This document shows positions 38,315 through 50,438 of a stretch of DNA of 64,000 nucleotides, one piece after another (positions within the stretch are counted from its first letter, which is position 1; each line of letters starts with the position of its first letter). A program made the position numbers and the translations under genes. This stretch comes from Haliotis rufescens (lineage: Eukaryota). Under the pieces are notes generated by a model. The model was not told the origin of the DNA. It saw only the letters and a list, made by a program, of their open reading frames with translations, and searched no databases. The stretch is from positions 57,288,001 to 57,352,000 of the forward strand of contig NW_025963890.1 of assembly GCF_023055435.1 (NCBI RefSeq), given 5' to 3'.

Positions 38315-38803
38315 TTTTCTCATTCATGAAGTGACAGCCGCTGACATAACTTTTCTAAGCATATCGTGAGAATAATTATAAGGTTTCGTGTTTTGCCTAC
38401 GAAGATTTCATACAGCACATACAACTCTTGCTCAGAAGTTCTTTGATCAGGGTTACAACCTTCAAGGCCTCAGTAAAGCCTTCAAAAGGTTTCATGGTAG
38501 ACAGGTGAAGGACATTTTCCATATGTTCACGGGTTTTTCTTCAGGTGCACATTTTACTTGCCTTTGCATGTGTTTGTGGCTGTTGTCACCGGTGGGGAAG
38601 GACATGAAAGGGCGAACACTTTCCACTAGGTTTCTTCAACGCTATTTTCGTAATAATAGTTATTTTCCTAAAGATAAGAATGAATAAAAGACTCATGAGC
38701 TTGGTGCTATTGATATCCCCGTATCTCTCATAGTAAGGGTACACTGTCCAGGATACAAAATGTAAGAGAAACATTCATGAACCTTAAGTCACGAATCACT
38801 GTC

Positions 38804-38973
38804 AGTGAGTGAGTGAGTGAGTGTGGTTTTATCGCCGCTTTTAGCAATATTCCATCAATATGAAGGCCGGGAAACCAGAAATGGGCTTCACGTATTGTAC
38901 CCATGTCGGGAATCGAACCCGGGTCTTCGGCGTGACGAGCGTGCGCTTTAACCTCTCGGCTACCCGACCGCCC
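38804..38973 (-). mobile_element. SINE family A, shared by B2 and B3
   Basis: TSD CACGAATCACTGT; empty site at ~32130. Confidence 0.92.
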
Positions 38974-39371
38974 CACGAATCACTGTTAAGTCGCGGTGAT
39001 GACACAACGTTTTATGGAAACGGGAGTGTATTTCCTGACATGAGCAAATGTTTTAAGAAAAAAGGGATACCAATTACTGCTAATGATAAATTGTCACAAA
39101 AATTACAGAGGGTTTGGTACTTAGATATTAGATTATTTTGCACTTATTTATATATATATTTTTTTTAAATGCCAAGTAGTCAAATATATCATAAATATTG
39201 AAAAAGGGACAGATACTGTAATCTCAAAATATGTATTTCTGTTGCAACAAATAAGCAGAGCAGCGGATACATTGAGAAGAGGTGTCTAGATGTAAGCTTA
39301 TCTGAAGCTGTAGTACTATGAGTGGTTACGCTGGAACCGTCGAGTAGCTATAGCCATCCTTGATTATCAAA

Positions 39372-39643
39372 GTTTTTTATGTTTTTTGTTGTTGTTTAAC
39401 GCTGCACTCAGCAATATTCCAGCCATATGACGGCGGTCTGTAAATAATCGAGTCTGGACCAGACTATCCAGTGATTGACATCATGAGCATCGATCCACGC
39501 AATTCGGACAGATGACATGCATCAACTAAGTTAGCGAGTCTGACCACCCGATCCCGTTAGTCGCCTCTTACGACAAGCATAGTCGCCTTTTACGGCAAGC
39601 ATGGGTTGCTGAAGACCTATTCTACCCCTGGTCTTCACGGGTC
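39372..39643 (-). mobile_element. SINE-like family B
   Basis: Equivalent of the 32525 copy, with the internal hairpin module tandemly duplicated. Confidence 0.85.
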
Positions 39644-39851
39644 GATTATAAGATTCTCATAGCTCTTCTTGGAGAGGCATTTAGAAGTTTGAGTACAAAG
39701 TAAGGATAAGCTATATGGATGAACAACTTCAACAAAGTCTACTCAAAGATGAAAGTAGTTGCATACAACATATTAATAACTGAAAATCAGTAATAATAAT
39801 AGCGATATGGCAAATATTGTTTCACAGATTGATCCAACTTCTAACTTGAAC

Positions 39852-40135
39852 GGGGGCACGGGTGGCCCAGTCGGCAAAGGCGCTGCGATTCGCTGTGCAG
39901 AGTTGCGTCCCTTAGGCACGCCAGAAACGTATGATTGTGGGTTCGAATCCCGGTTCGCCCCTATTATGTTTCTAGGTTTGTCAGCACCATACTCAGGCTC
40001 GTGGGTTTCACCGAAGTGGTAAACGTCTGAGACCTGCATCACTTCGGGCTTTCCTCCCACATTAAGCTGACACGCCGTGATATGACTGGAATACTGTTAA
40101 AAGCGGCGTTAAACCAGACTCACTCAATCACTTAC
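39852..40135 (+). mobile_element. tRNA-derived SINE family C (widely spaced A/B boxes, V-domain-like core)
   Basis: A box TGGCCCAGTCGG and B box GGTTCGAATCC; core GTGGGTTTCACCGAAG...CTTCGGGCTTTCCTCCCAC; TSD TCTAACTTGAAC; empty site at ~33161. Confidence 0.88.
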
Positions 40136-40484
40136 TCTAACTTGAACACAACAAACCATTTATGAGGTCAAACCAGGTAACTTAAAGCCGTTTTATGCAT
40201 AATAGATCAAAGGACATAAACATTTCGCAATAATTTGTTTTGATGTATAATGTTTATAATCATTATTTATATGAAGTAGTTTATTTTTAGTTACTTTTTA
40301 TTACAATTGATATAATAAACAAGAACAGTTACGGCTAATTAATTAATATCCAAGCGACTAGGGTAAATATTGCATTGCCAGTAAAAGTATTTAACAATAG
40401 ATATTCTGATATTCCTGATCATGACTAGCAATTTAACAGGATCAAAGGACCAATGTGTGTGACTCACATATGTGTGTGACTAAG

Positions 40485-40649
40485 AGAGTGAGTGAGTATG
40501 GTTTTACGCCGCTTTTAACAATATTCCAGCAATATCACGGCGGGGGACACCAGAAATGGGCTTCACACATTGCACCCATGTCGGGAATCGAACCCGGGTC
40601 TTCGGCATGACGAGCGAACGTTTTACCCAGTAGGCTATCCGACCGCCCC
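40485..40649 (-). mobile_element. SINE family A
   Basis: Full-length match to the family. Confidence 0.9.
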
Positions 40650-40799
40650 TATTTGTGACTTAGTAACTTACTCCATAAGCGGGTAAACATAGAAACCTGG
40701 GATTCGCGGAGCCTGTCCAAGTACAATGGGAATGTGCTCCACGCCTAGGTGTCTACTTCCTGTAAGTGTCATGCGTTGTAATAAGTATCTCGTTTGAAA

Positions 40800-40965
40800 C
40801 GGGGCGGAGGGGAAGCTTTGTGGTTAAAGCGGTTGTTGGTCAAGCCGAAGACACGGGTTCGAATCTCCAAATGGGTAAAATGTCTGAAGCCCATTTCTGG
40901 TGTCCCCCGCCGTGATATTGCTGAAATATTGCTAAAAGCAGCGTAAAACCAAACTCATTCACTCG
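40800..40965 (+). mobile_element. SINE family A
   Basis: Equivalent of the 33664 copy. Confidence 0.88.
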
Positions 40966-41647
40966 CTTTGGTGTATGAAACTAAGAAATTGGCCAAGTTT
41001 AATCATTAAATTTTCTTTTGATTTTCGTAACAAAACTTGTCCAGACAAACAAAATGATATTTGAAAGGCTTGAATTATGCTGGGAATGTCAATTTGCAGG
41101 AGCCGAATCCCCATTGAGAGATTCAATTCTGAATCATTATTTAATATAAAAACAATTTTAGACATATGTCATCATATTTATCTAACTTGACAAGAACAAT
41201 ACCAGGCACACACAGATACTGTCAATGTTATGTACCTTGTCCAGTCCGAGGAGGTTTTTGTGTATACAAAATATGTAATGCATATTCATATATTCGAGGA
41301 AACTCAGACAAATAAACATTAGCTCATATTCATATTCAAACATTGGTGTTTAGAAATTACCGATAAAAAATTCGTTGAGATTATATTTTGTAAGACGCAT
41401 TTGAGTCATCCTTAAAGAAATAATAATAAATGAGATAATATGTCAAATATGATTAGAGTTGGGTATTCTGGACTTATACGAACATGGAGTACATGGCACA
41501 ATGGCACTTCAATTCATTAGCATGTCCACAACTACAGGAATACTTTGATGTCAACTGGCCTCGTGTTAATCAAGAGAAGACTGTTATTCAATATGAACTT
41601 CGTGTAAGTTTAAGATGATCGTTGCGACATGTTTATACCGACATACA

Positions 41648-41841
41648 ACAAGAATTATGTGATAACCAAGTCATGCAGACATGGTCACTTGACAACTTAC
41701 ATCATGCACATTATGTAGACGGGTAATGTATTGCTGACGGGAGACCACGACCCACTGCAATACCAGGGGATATAAAATGCCCAGTGATGGACATTCAACA
41801 CATCATCCCTGGCTTCAGCTCTGGTTCAGAAGCAGCACAAG
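41648..41841 (+). promoter_or_regulatory. Promoter and non-coding exon 1 of paralog 6
   Basis: TATAAAA at 41771-41777; donor at 41841/41842. Confidence 0.8.
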
Positions 41842-41870
41842 GTAAGGAAACGTCAACTATTTGTATCATA

Positions 41871-42040
41871 GTGAGTGAGTGAGTTAGTTTGATTTTACGC
41901 CGCTTTTAGCAATATTCCAGCAATATCACGGCGGGGGACACCAGAAATGGGCTTCACACATTGTACCCATGTCGGGATTCGAACCCGGGTTTTCGGCGTG
42001 ACGAGCGAATGCTTTAACCAGTAGGCTACCCGACCGCCCC
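41871..42040 (-). mobile_element. SINE family A in intron 1 of paralog 6
   Basis: Same insertion site as 34728-34905. Confidence 0.92.
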
Positions 42041-42340
42041 TTGTTTCATATAAAGCTTCAGAATAAAGTAATCCTAACCAAATATATACGTCTTTAAATG
42101 TTTGAACTACTATCTCCAGAGGAAATAATAGTAAAAATTGTATATATATTGAGTTAATTTGTTTTACGTCCATGTGAACAGTATTTTAGTTATCGCGTCC
42201 TCTTATTGTAGGAGGAAAGCCTTTCACGGTTACCTACCTTTGTAACGGTAATGGTAGTAAAGTACACAATTTCAAGTCATTATTGTTATGTTTATAACTT
42301 TCTATTCATATTCATTTTTATTCTCCAGGAAAGACGAATT

Positions 42341-43284
42341 ATGAAAGCAGTAGTTTGTGTCATTTTCGCCTTCGTGGCAGTCACCATTCATGGTAAGTAG
42401 TTTAGTGAGTGAGTGAGTGAGTAAATATTTAACGTCANNNNNNNNNNNNNNNNNNNNNNNNNNNNNNNNNNNNNNNNNNNNNNNNNNNNNNNNNNNNNNN
42501 NNNNNNNNNNNNNNNNNNNNNNNNNNNNNNNNNNNNNNNNNNNNNNNNNNNNNNNNNNNNNNNNNNNNNNNNNNNATTCTTCTTATTGTTGTTATTGTGT
42601 ACAGATTAAAATAATAAATACAGCAAAGAGAGTTTGGGTGATTCTGGTACAGTCAGGCTGGTTAGGGTCATCATCAGCTCAGGGTCCTTGCCCCCTCAGC
42701 GAAAAATAATAAAATAATTATTATTATTACTCTGTAGACGAAGATTTTATCAATTATATGCATGTCCAAGCATGTTTCAAACTAATTTTTACAGTATTCA
42801 ATGTTTTCTTTTGAAGTATTCTAAATAAAATATGATTGGAAATATGTCCTTTTCAGCTCAGAATAGTGTCGCCCCCGGAATGACGGCATCTAGCATTCCA
42901 CTCGGCAACAACGTCAACGGCATACCCCTCGCACCTGCACAGCATCCGAGCCCGATGCCAGGCGCTCTCTTGTCCCATGCCAGTAATGTCTTCAATAACA
43001 ACCACCCGACGGCTGCCACCAACAATCAACACGCCAACAACGCTGCCCAGTCCCCCATGAACTATCTCCCTTTCATGATGGGGGGTGACAACGGTCGCAG
43101 GATGGCCATGTACAGCATGATGATGAACCCAAGGCAGTCCAACAATATGATGCTCCCTTTCGCCATGATGAACGGCGTCGACAACATGTGGCCCATGATG
43201 GCTCTCATGAACAATCGTAACCAGAGAGGTGGAAAAGGGTTCGACCCCATGACGATGATGTTGCTTGGAGGCGAGATGATGTAA
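42341..43284 (+). CDS. Secreted Met/Asn-rich protein, paralog 6 (159 aa)
   Basis: join(42341..42392, 42857..43284); signal MKAVVCVIFAFVAVTIHA; AATAAA at 43443. Confidence 0.9.
42438..42575. other. N-gap over the intron-2 microsatellite
   Basis: Run of N. Confidence 0.99.
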
Positions 43285-43977
43285 ACACGACTCTCTTATA
43301 TTGATTTATCCATTTCATTTCATGTCACCTATTTATTGATGTATGAACTAACTTCCCAACTATGACCGACCGTGAATTTAACGTCACCTTTTTATTGATA
43401 TATGAACGACAACTGGCAATGTTTTCCTTCTAGAAATGATGTAATAAACATGCTTTGGAATAATGAAAACCTTTTGTACCACTTTATTAAAATAATGAAA
43501 TATAAAATGTCAATGCAATAGAATAACTAGTCTTGATTATTCGTCGAAACAGATTCTATTGGATATAAAACACAAAATGGTGGTGAAAATTATATGAATG
43601 GACCACTGAAACTCACTGATGAGGTTTTGCGAAAAGGGTAAGCATGTCCTGTCCTACCGGTAGCAACCGCCACTCACACAATTTAAATAAATAATTGTTT
43701 ATTTCCTGACACCGCACAACACCGCACAACAGTTCCCCTGCCATGTGACGGCGACCTGTAAACAAACCAGACAATCAAGTGATCGATGAACCAGAAAATA
43801 TAGTGACTTGATAGTGCATTTACCGAACTCCGTTGAAACTAATAAACACGATATTTTAATTTTGTATTACGTCTGTTACATGTGTACAAGTGCAGAGATT
43901 AAGAAAGTTAGCTATACTTCATCGTCCAGTTGACGATACAACAAAAAGTTCTAAGTCATGCGTGATGAAGAATATTA

Positions 43978-44143
43978 TGAGTGAATGAGTGAATATGGTT
44001 TTACGCCGCTCTTAGCAATATTCCAGCAATATCACGGCGGGGGACACCAGAAACGGGCTTCACACATTGTAGACGTGGGGAATCGAGCCCGGGTCTTCGG
44101 CGTGACGAGCGAACACTTTAACCCCTAGGCTACCCGACCGCCC
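43978..44143 (-). mobile_element. SINE family A
   Basis: TSD AGAATATTATGAG. Confidence 0.9.
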
Positions 44144-45131
44144 CAGAATATTATGAGGTATTACATGTTCTGTTTAGTTTACGGATCCGCCGACTTTAAA
44201 AATCGAAAATTCTGAAACAAATATACATGTAATCAGTATGACAAAGGTTTCTACCGCCGACGGTTAAAAATCGCTTTACCATTAATGACAATAACATGCG
44301 GCTGTCATATTTTAGATTTACACTGTCTGTAAGGTCCCAATCAAGGCCAAGATTTTGTTTTTGTACCTGCCGATCCAAATCAAACTTTAACATTTTTTTT
44401 TGTATAATCCAATACTATGCATTTTATTTTTCGCCGACCTACCGACCGAGTATATCACAATCAACATCCGTAAAAAAGGAGTCTGACCTACCAATAAAGT
44501 AGTGTCGTTCTCGAGGTCAGTGCACCGAACCATGTATTGTACAAAAGTTCAAAGATGCCTGGTATACCATTGATATGGAACTCCCTTCCCTTCAGCCTTA
44601 AAAGTGCACCTTGCATCACTGTGTTTAAGAATGGACTTAAAACATACCTTTTTGAACGCTACAACTGAATGTGTATATTTTTACTATCTTACTGTCCCAC
44701 TCTGTTGTTTATATGTACATATGCTGACTTTGCGCAGGGAGCATGTCCCTCAGTGGTTTGCGTTATACAAATAGCCTTGTTATTATTATATGAACCTCGT
44801 AATGCCAACGTCCTTAACTGTTCAAATTGTTTACGTTTGTTTTTGTCTTCAAATCAAGATGTACCCATTATATCTGTTAAACACAGAATAATGTGCCTTC
44901 AAAAATGGCCGTCACGTTATAACAATATTCGAAGTTTATGCGGCGGATTCTGAGGTTACACGGTTTCAGCGACTTCATGCAACATCACTACTCCATTGCT
45001 GCACGTTGTATTAAATAGTTAGCGAAATAAGCCTAGTGTTCATGAGTGAAGACTGACGTAGTGCTGTGGTCGCTTTGGGGAACTTGAACTTGCTTTTATT
45101 GAAGAACTAGTCCTGAGATTGTGATAGTGAG

Positions 45132-45548
45132 TATAACTTTCCAATAGCCAACTTTCCCTTCATGTCGAGCAATATTCCGGCAGCTCCAGCCTTTGGTGTT
45201 TACATTTCGCAATTTTTGAGATACAATCGAACATGCTATTTCTACCAACATTTCGAAGAACGTCCTACACCTCTTGCTCAGAAGTTGTTTGATCAAGGTT
45301 ACAACATTCAAGGCCTCAGGAAAGTTTTCATAAAATTTTATGGTAGACATGTGGAGGACATTTCCAAATTTGACGCATCAGTGACAAAAATGATGCCCGA
45401 TGCAATTCCAAATTTAGACTTGTACAATATGTTCCCACGTCTTTTGGTGAACAACTTGGTGACTTGCCTTTGCATGTGTTTGTGACAGGTGCCTCGGTGG
45501 GGCAGGGTACGCTCACCTTTTCGCGAACACCTGGAATCATCACTATTC
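45132..45548 (+). mobile_element. Penelope-like (Naiad-type) RT C-terminal fragment with 3' motif
   Basis: ORF 45162-45485 reads SSNIPAAPAFGVYISQFLRY...; followed by the conserved 3' motif. Confidence 0.75.
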
Positions 45549-46192
45549 ACATGCGCATGATATAGTCGGAATTGTACAATCGACTCTGCTTTAAGAAGAG
45601 ATTTCTATTGGACATGGAAAGGGTTTTGTCGCTTTATTTATTGTCATTTCACAGCTAAGCCGATTTTGTGTTGAAATACCACCAGTCTCATGCTATCGGA
45701 GCAGCATGCAAACTGCTTCTCATTCATGAAGTGACAGCCGCTGACATAACTTTTCTCTGCATATCGTGAGAATAAGGTTTCGTGTTTTGCCTACGAAGAT
45801 TTTATACAGCACATACAACTCTTGCTTAGAAGTTCTTTGATCAGGGTTACAACCTTCAAGGCCTCAGTAAAGCCTTCAAAAGGTTTTATGGTAGACAGGT
45901 GAAGGACATGTACCATATCTTCACGTTTGTTTTTTCAGGTGCACATATGACTTGCCTTTGCATGTGTTTGTGGCTGTTGTCACCGGTGGGGCAGGACATG
46001 AAATGGCGAACACTTTACAACTAGGTTTCCTCAACGCTTTATTCGTAATAATAGTTATTTTCCTAAAGATAGGAATGGATAAAAGACTCATGGCCTTTGC
46101 TTGGTGCCGTTTTTTCATTGTAAGGGTACACTGTCAATGGATACAATATGTAAGGGACACATTCATGAACCTTAAGACACGAATCACTGTTA

Positions 46193-46358
46193 GTGAGTGA
46201 GTGAGTGTGGTTTTATCGCCGCTTTTAGCAATATTCCCCTAATATCAAGGCGGGGGACACAAGAAATGGGCTTCACACATTATACCCATGTCGGGAATCG
46301 AACCCGGGTCTTCGGCGTGACGAGCAAATGCTTTAACATCTAGGCTACCCGACCGCCC
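46193..46358 (-). mobile_element. SINE family A
   Basis: Equivalent of the 38804 copy; TSD CACGAATCACTGTTA. Confidence 0.9.
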
Positions 46359-46751
46359 CACGAATCACTGTTAAGTCGCGGTGATGACATTACGTTTGAT
46401 GGAAACGGGAGTGTATTTCCTGATATGAGCAAATGTTTATAGATAAAAGGGATACCCATTACAGCTTATGATAAATTACATAATTACAAAGGGTTTGGTA
46501 CTTAGATATAAGATTATTTTGCAGTTATTTTTATTTATTTTTTAATGCCCAGTAGTCCAATATATTATAAATATTGAAAAGAAAGGGAAAGAAACTGTAA
46601 TCTCAAAATATGTATTTCTGTTGCAATAAATATGCAGAGCAGCGGATACATTGAGAAGAGGTGTCTAGATCAAAACCTTATCTGAAGCTGTAGTACTATG
46701 AGTGGTTACGCTGGAACCGTCGAATAGCTATAGCCATCCTTGATTATCAGA

Positions 46752-47025
46752 GTTTTTTTGTTTTTGTTTTTTGTTGTTTAACGCTGCACTCAGCAATATT
46801 CCAGCCATATGGCGGCGGTCTGTTAATAATCGAGTCTGGACCAGACTATCCAATGATTGACATCATGACCATCGATCCACGCATTTCGGATAGATGACAT
46901 GCATCAACTAAGTCAGCGAGCCTGACCACTCGATCCCGTTAGTCGCCTCTTACGACAAGCATAGTCGCCTTTTACGGCAAGCATGGGTTCCTGAAGACCT
47001 ATTCTACCCCGGGTCTTCACAGGTC
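46752..47025 (-). mobile_element. SINE-like family B
   Basis: Equivalent of the 32525 copy; TSD GATTATCAGA. Confidence 0.85.
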
Positions 47026-47443
47026 GATTATCAGATTCTTATAGCTCTTCTTGGAGAGGCATTTAGAAGTTGGAGTACAAGGTAAGGATAAGCTATATGG
47101 ATGAACAACTTCTTTATTACAATTAGGAGCGACGTTACGGTGTAGTTTCTATCACCGTTATCACGTTAGTGATGGACTCAAGCAAGAAACATCACATGCT
47201 TCATACCCATTCTATATTGATAATGCATTGTACCCCTTCACAACCATATTCTCGTTCCAGAAGTGCCGTTAAAATCTTCTCGCCCATTGTTAATCAAGGC
47301 AGAAAGGAGACCATGTGTTTAAATCCAAAGTCTACTCAAAGATGAAAGTAGCTGCAGACAACATATTAATAAGTGAAAATCAGTAATAATAATAGCGACA
47401 TGGCAAATATTGTTCAACAGATTGATCCAACTTCTAACTTGAA

Positions 47444-47727
47444 CGGGGGCACGGGTGGCCCAGTCGTCAAAGGCGCCGCGATTCGCTGTGCAGAGTTGCG
47501 TCCCTTAGGCACGCCAGAAACCTATGATTGTGGGTTCGAATCCCGGTTCGCCCCTATTATGTTTCTAGGTTTGTCGGCACCAAAACCGTGCTTCTGGGTT
47601 TCACCGAAGTGGTAAACGTCTGAGACCTGCATCACTTCGGGCTTCCCTCCCACATTAAGCTGACACGCCGTGATATGACTGGAATACTGTTAAAAGCGGC
47701 GTTAAACAAGACTCACTCATTCACTCA
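47444..47727 (+). mobile_element. SINE family C
   Basis: Equivalent of the 39852 copy. Confidence 0.88.
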
Positions 47728-48009
47728 CTCTCACTTGAACACAACAAACCATTTATGAGGTCAAACCAGGTAGCTGACAGCCGTTTAAATGAATAATAGA
47801 TCAAAGGACATAAACATTTCGCAATAATTTGTTTTGATGTATAATGTTTATAATCATTATTTATACTTAGTAGTTTATTTTTAGTTACTTTTTATTACAA
47901 TTAATATAATAAACAAGAACAGTTACGGCTAATTAATTAATATCCAAGCGACTAGGGTAAATATTGCATTGCCAGTAAAAGTATTTAACAATAGAGATTC
48001 TGATATTTC

Positions 48010-48238
48010 TGAGTGAGTGAGTGAGTGAGTGAGTGAGTGAGTGAGTGAGTGAGTGAGTGAGTGAGTGAGTGAGTGAGTGAGTGAGTATGGTTTTACGCCG
48101 CTTTTAGCAATATTCCAGCAATATCACGGCGGGGGACACCAGAAATGGGCTTTACGCATTGTACCCATGTAGGGAATCGAACCCGGGTCTTCGGCATGAC
48201 GAGCGAACGCTTTACCCAGTAGGCTACCCGACCGCCCC
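48010..48238 (-). mobile_element. SINE family A with an expanded (GAGT)n tail
   Basis: About 19 GAGT units at 48010-48087. Confidence 0.9.
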
Positions 48239-48379
48239 AATTTGTGACTTAGTAACCTACTCCATAAGCGGGTAAACATAGAAACCTGGGATTCGCGGAG
48301 CCTGTCCAAGTACAATGGGAATGTCTAGGTGTCTACTTCCTGTAAGTGTCATGCGTTGTGATAAGTATCTCGTTTGAAA

Positions 48380-48545
48380 CGGGGCGGAGGGGAAGCTTTG
48401 TGGTTAAAGCGGTTGTTGGTCAAGCCGAAGACACGGGTTCGAATCTCCAAATGGGTAAAATGTCTGAAGCCCATTTCTGGTGTCCCCCGCCGTGATATTG
48501 CTGAAATATTGCTAAAAGCAGCGTAAAACCAAACTCATTCACTCA
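48380..48545 (+). mobile_element. SINE family A
   Basis: Equivalent of the 33664 copy. Confidence 0.88.
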
Positions 48546-49185
48546 TTTTGGTGTATGAAACTGAGAATTTGGCCCAGTTTAATCATTCAATTTTCTTTTG
48601 ATATATGTAACATAACTTGTCCAGACAAACAAAATGATATTTGGAAGGCTTGAATTATGCCAGGAATGTCAATTTGCAAGAGCCGAATCCGCTTTGAGAG
48701 ATGCAATTCTGAATCATTATTTAATATAAAAACAATACCAGGTACACACAGATATTGTCAATGTTATGTACCTTGTCCAGTCCGAGGAGGTTCTTTGAGT
48801 ATACAAAATATGTAATGCATATTCATTTAGACGAGGATACCCAGACAAATAAACATTAGCTCATATTCATATTCAAACATTGGTGTTTACAAATTACCGA
48901 TTAAAGAATCGTTCAGATTTTATTTTGTAAGACGCATTTGAGTCATCCTTAAAGAAACTACATGAGATAATATGTCAAATATGATTAGAGTTGGGTATTC
49001 TGGACTTATACATGTACGAACATAGAGTACATGGCACAATGGCACTTCAATTCATTAGCCTATCCACAACTACAGGAATACTTTGATGTCAACTGGCCTC
49101 GTGTTAATCAAGAGAAGACTGTTATTCAATACGAACTTCGTGTAAGTTTAAGATGATCGTTGCGACATGTTTATACCGACATACA

Positions 49186-49379
49186 ACAAGAATTATGTGA
49201 TAACCAAGTCATGCAGACATGGTCACTTGACAACTTACATCATGCACATTATGTAGACGGGTAATGTATTGCTGACGGGAGACCACGACCCACCGCCACA
49301 CCAGGGGATATAAAAGGCTCAGTGCTTGACATTCAACACATCATCCCTGGCTTCAGCTCTGGTTCAGAAGCAGCACAAG
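49186..49379 (+). promoter_or_regulatory. Promoter and non-coding exon 1 of paralog 7
   Basis: TATAAAA at 49309-49315; donor at 49379/49380. Confidence 0.8.
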
Positions 49380-49479
49380 GTAAGGAAACGTCAACTATTT
49401 GTATCATATATAGCTTCGGATATGTATAGGCTAAGTATACGTTGAGAGTGTGTGGTGTGTATTGCCCCGTTAACACCGT

Positions 49480-50332
49480 GTTTAATACCAGGAGGTCGTA
49501 CAAAGGTTAGCGCATCCTCTCCCACACCCATCACAAACACATACAAAGGCAAGTGAATTGTTCATCTAAAGCATACCGGGAACAAATAGTACAAATCAAA
49601 ATGGGGATGTACATTGGGCATCATTTTAGTCTCCGATGCGTCAAATTTGGTAATGTGCTCAAATGTTTCGTGATTCTTTATGCATAGATCTACATATCAA
49701 ATAGGTGAGATTGATTCTTATATGTCAGGTTGGTAAATCAGTGGAAGGGAATAAGCTTTTTTACGTTATTGAGAGATGTCAGATTATCGATATAACTAAG
49801 GCTTAAGTTAAACGTCTTGACCAAACTCGACCGCCTCCGTGGTCTAGTGGTAGAGCGTCCGCCCGGAGAGCGGCAGGTCCGGGATCGATCCCCTGCCGCG
49901 TCGTACCAAAAGACGTTAAAAGATGGTATTTGTTGTTACCCTATCTGGCGCTCGGCATTAAGGGGCTAAAACAAGGACTGGTCGGCTCGGAGTCAGTATA
50001 CTGTGTTAAACTGCGGCATGATATCTCAGTGGACTAGCACTTTTAATGGGCATCAGTCCGGACTAGTACAAGCAGCCACACACCCACACCCACGTGCATG
50101 CACGTCGCTATTTTAGTGCAATAACGACGTTAAACCCCAGTTCTCCTCAACTCACCATGACCAAATTCCCTTGTTTTAATTTTGTCTAACCGCGAAGACG
50201 TTCTCATTCGTATACACAAAGAAACAGATCAGTAAGGAGAGGAGCACAGTCGGTGCCCATGGTGATGCCTGCATCGTCTGAATGTCCCATCCCAAATTCC
50301 CAAAGATGTTATCTATGAGGAAGTCCAGCATT
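49480..50332 (-). mobile_element. Decayed Penelope-like (Naiad-type) RT core in intron 1 of paralog 7
   Basis: Minus strand reads MLDFLIDNIF.., GITMGTDCAPLLTDLFLCVYE (the GIPMGTNCAP motif) and FNLSLSYIDNLTSLNN (mutated YIDD); interrupted by a SINE. Confidence 0.75.
49829..50156 (+). mobile_element. tRNA-derived SINE family D (Meta-domain-like core)
   Basis: A box TGGTCTAGTGG and B-box-like GGATCGATCCC; core GTCGTACCAAAAGACGTTAAAAGATGGTA...TGGCGCTCGGCATTAAGG; TSD about TGACCAAA(C/T)TC. Confidence 0.8.
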
Positions 50333-50438
50333 TAGCAATATTCCAGCAATAACACGGTGGGGGACTTCAGAAATGGGCTTCATTCGTGTATTTTCTTTTA
50401 TTAATGTTGTTGTTTATCTCTTGCAGGAAAGACGAATC

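Larger units (their letters stand above)
29287..49420. repeat. ~7-kb tandem triplication (B1 29.3-36.1 kb, B2 36.1-43.3 kb, B3 43.3-49.4 kb)
   Basis: Collinear spacers with shared SINE, L2 and PLE fragments; homology ends in intron 1 of paralog 7 at ~49420. Confidence 0.95.
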
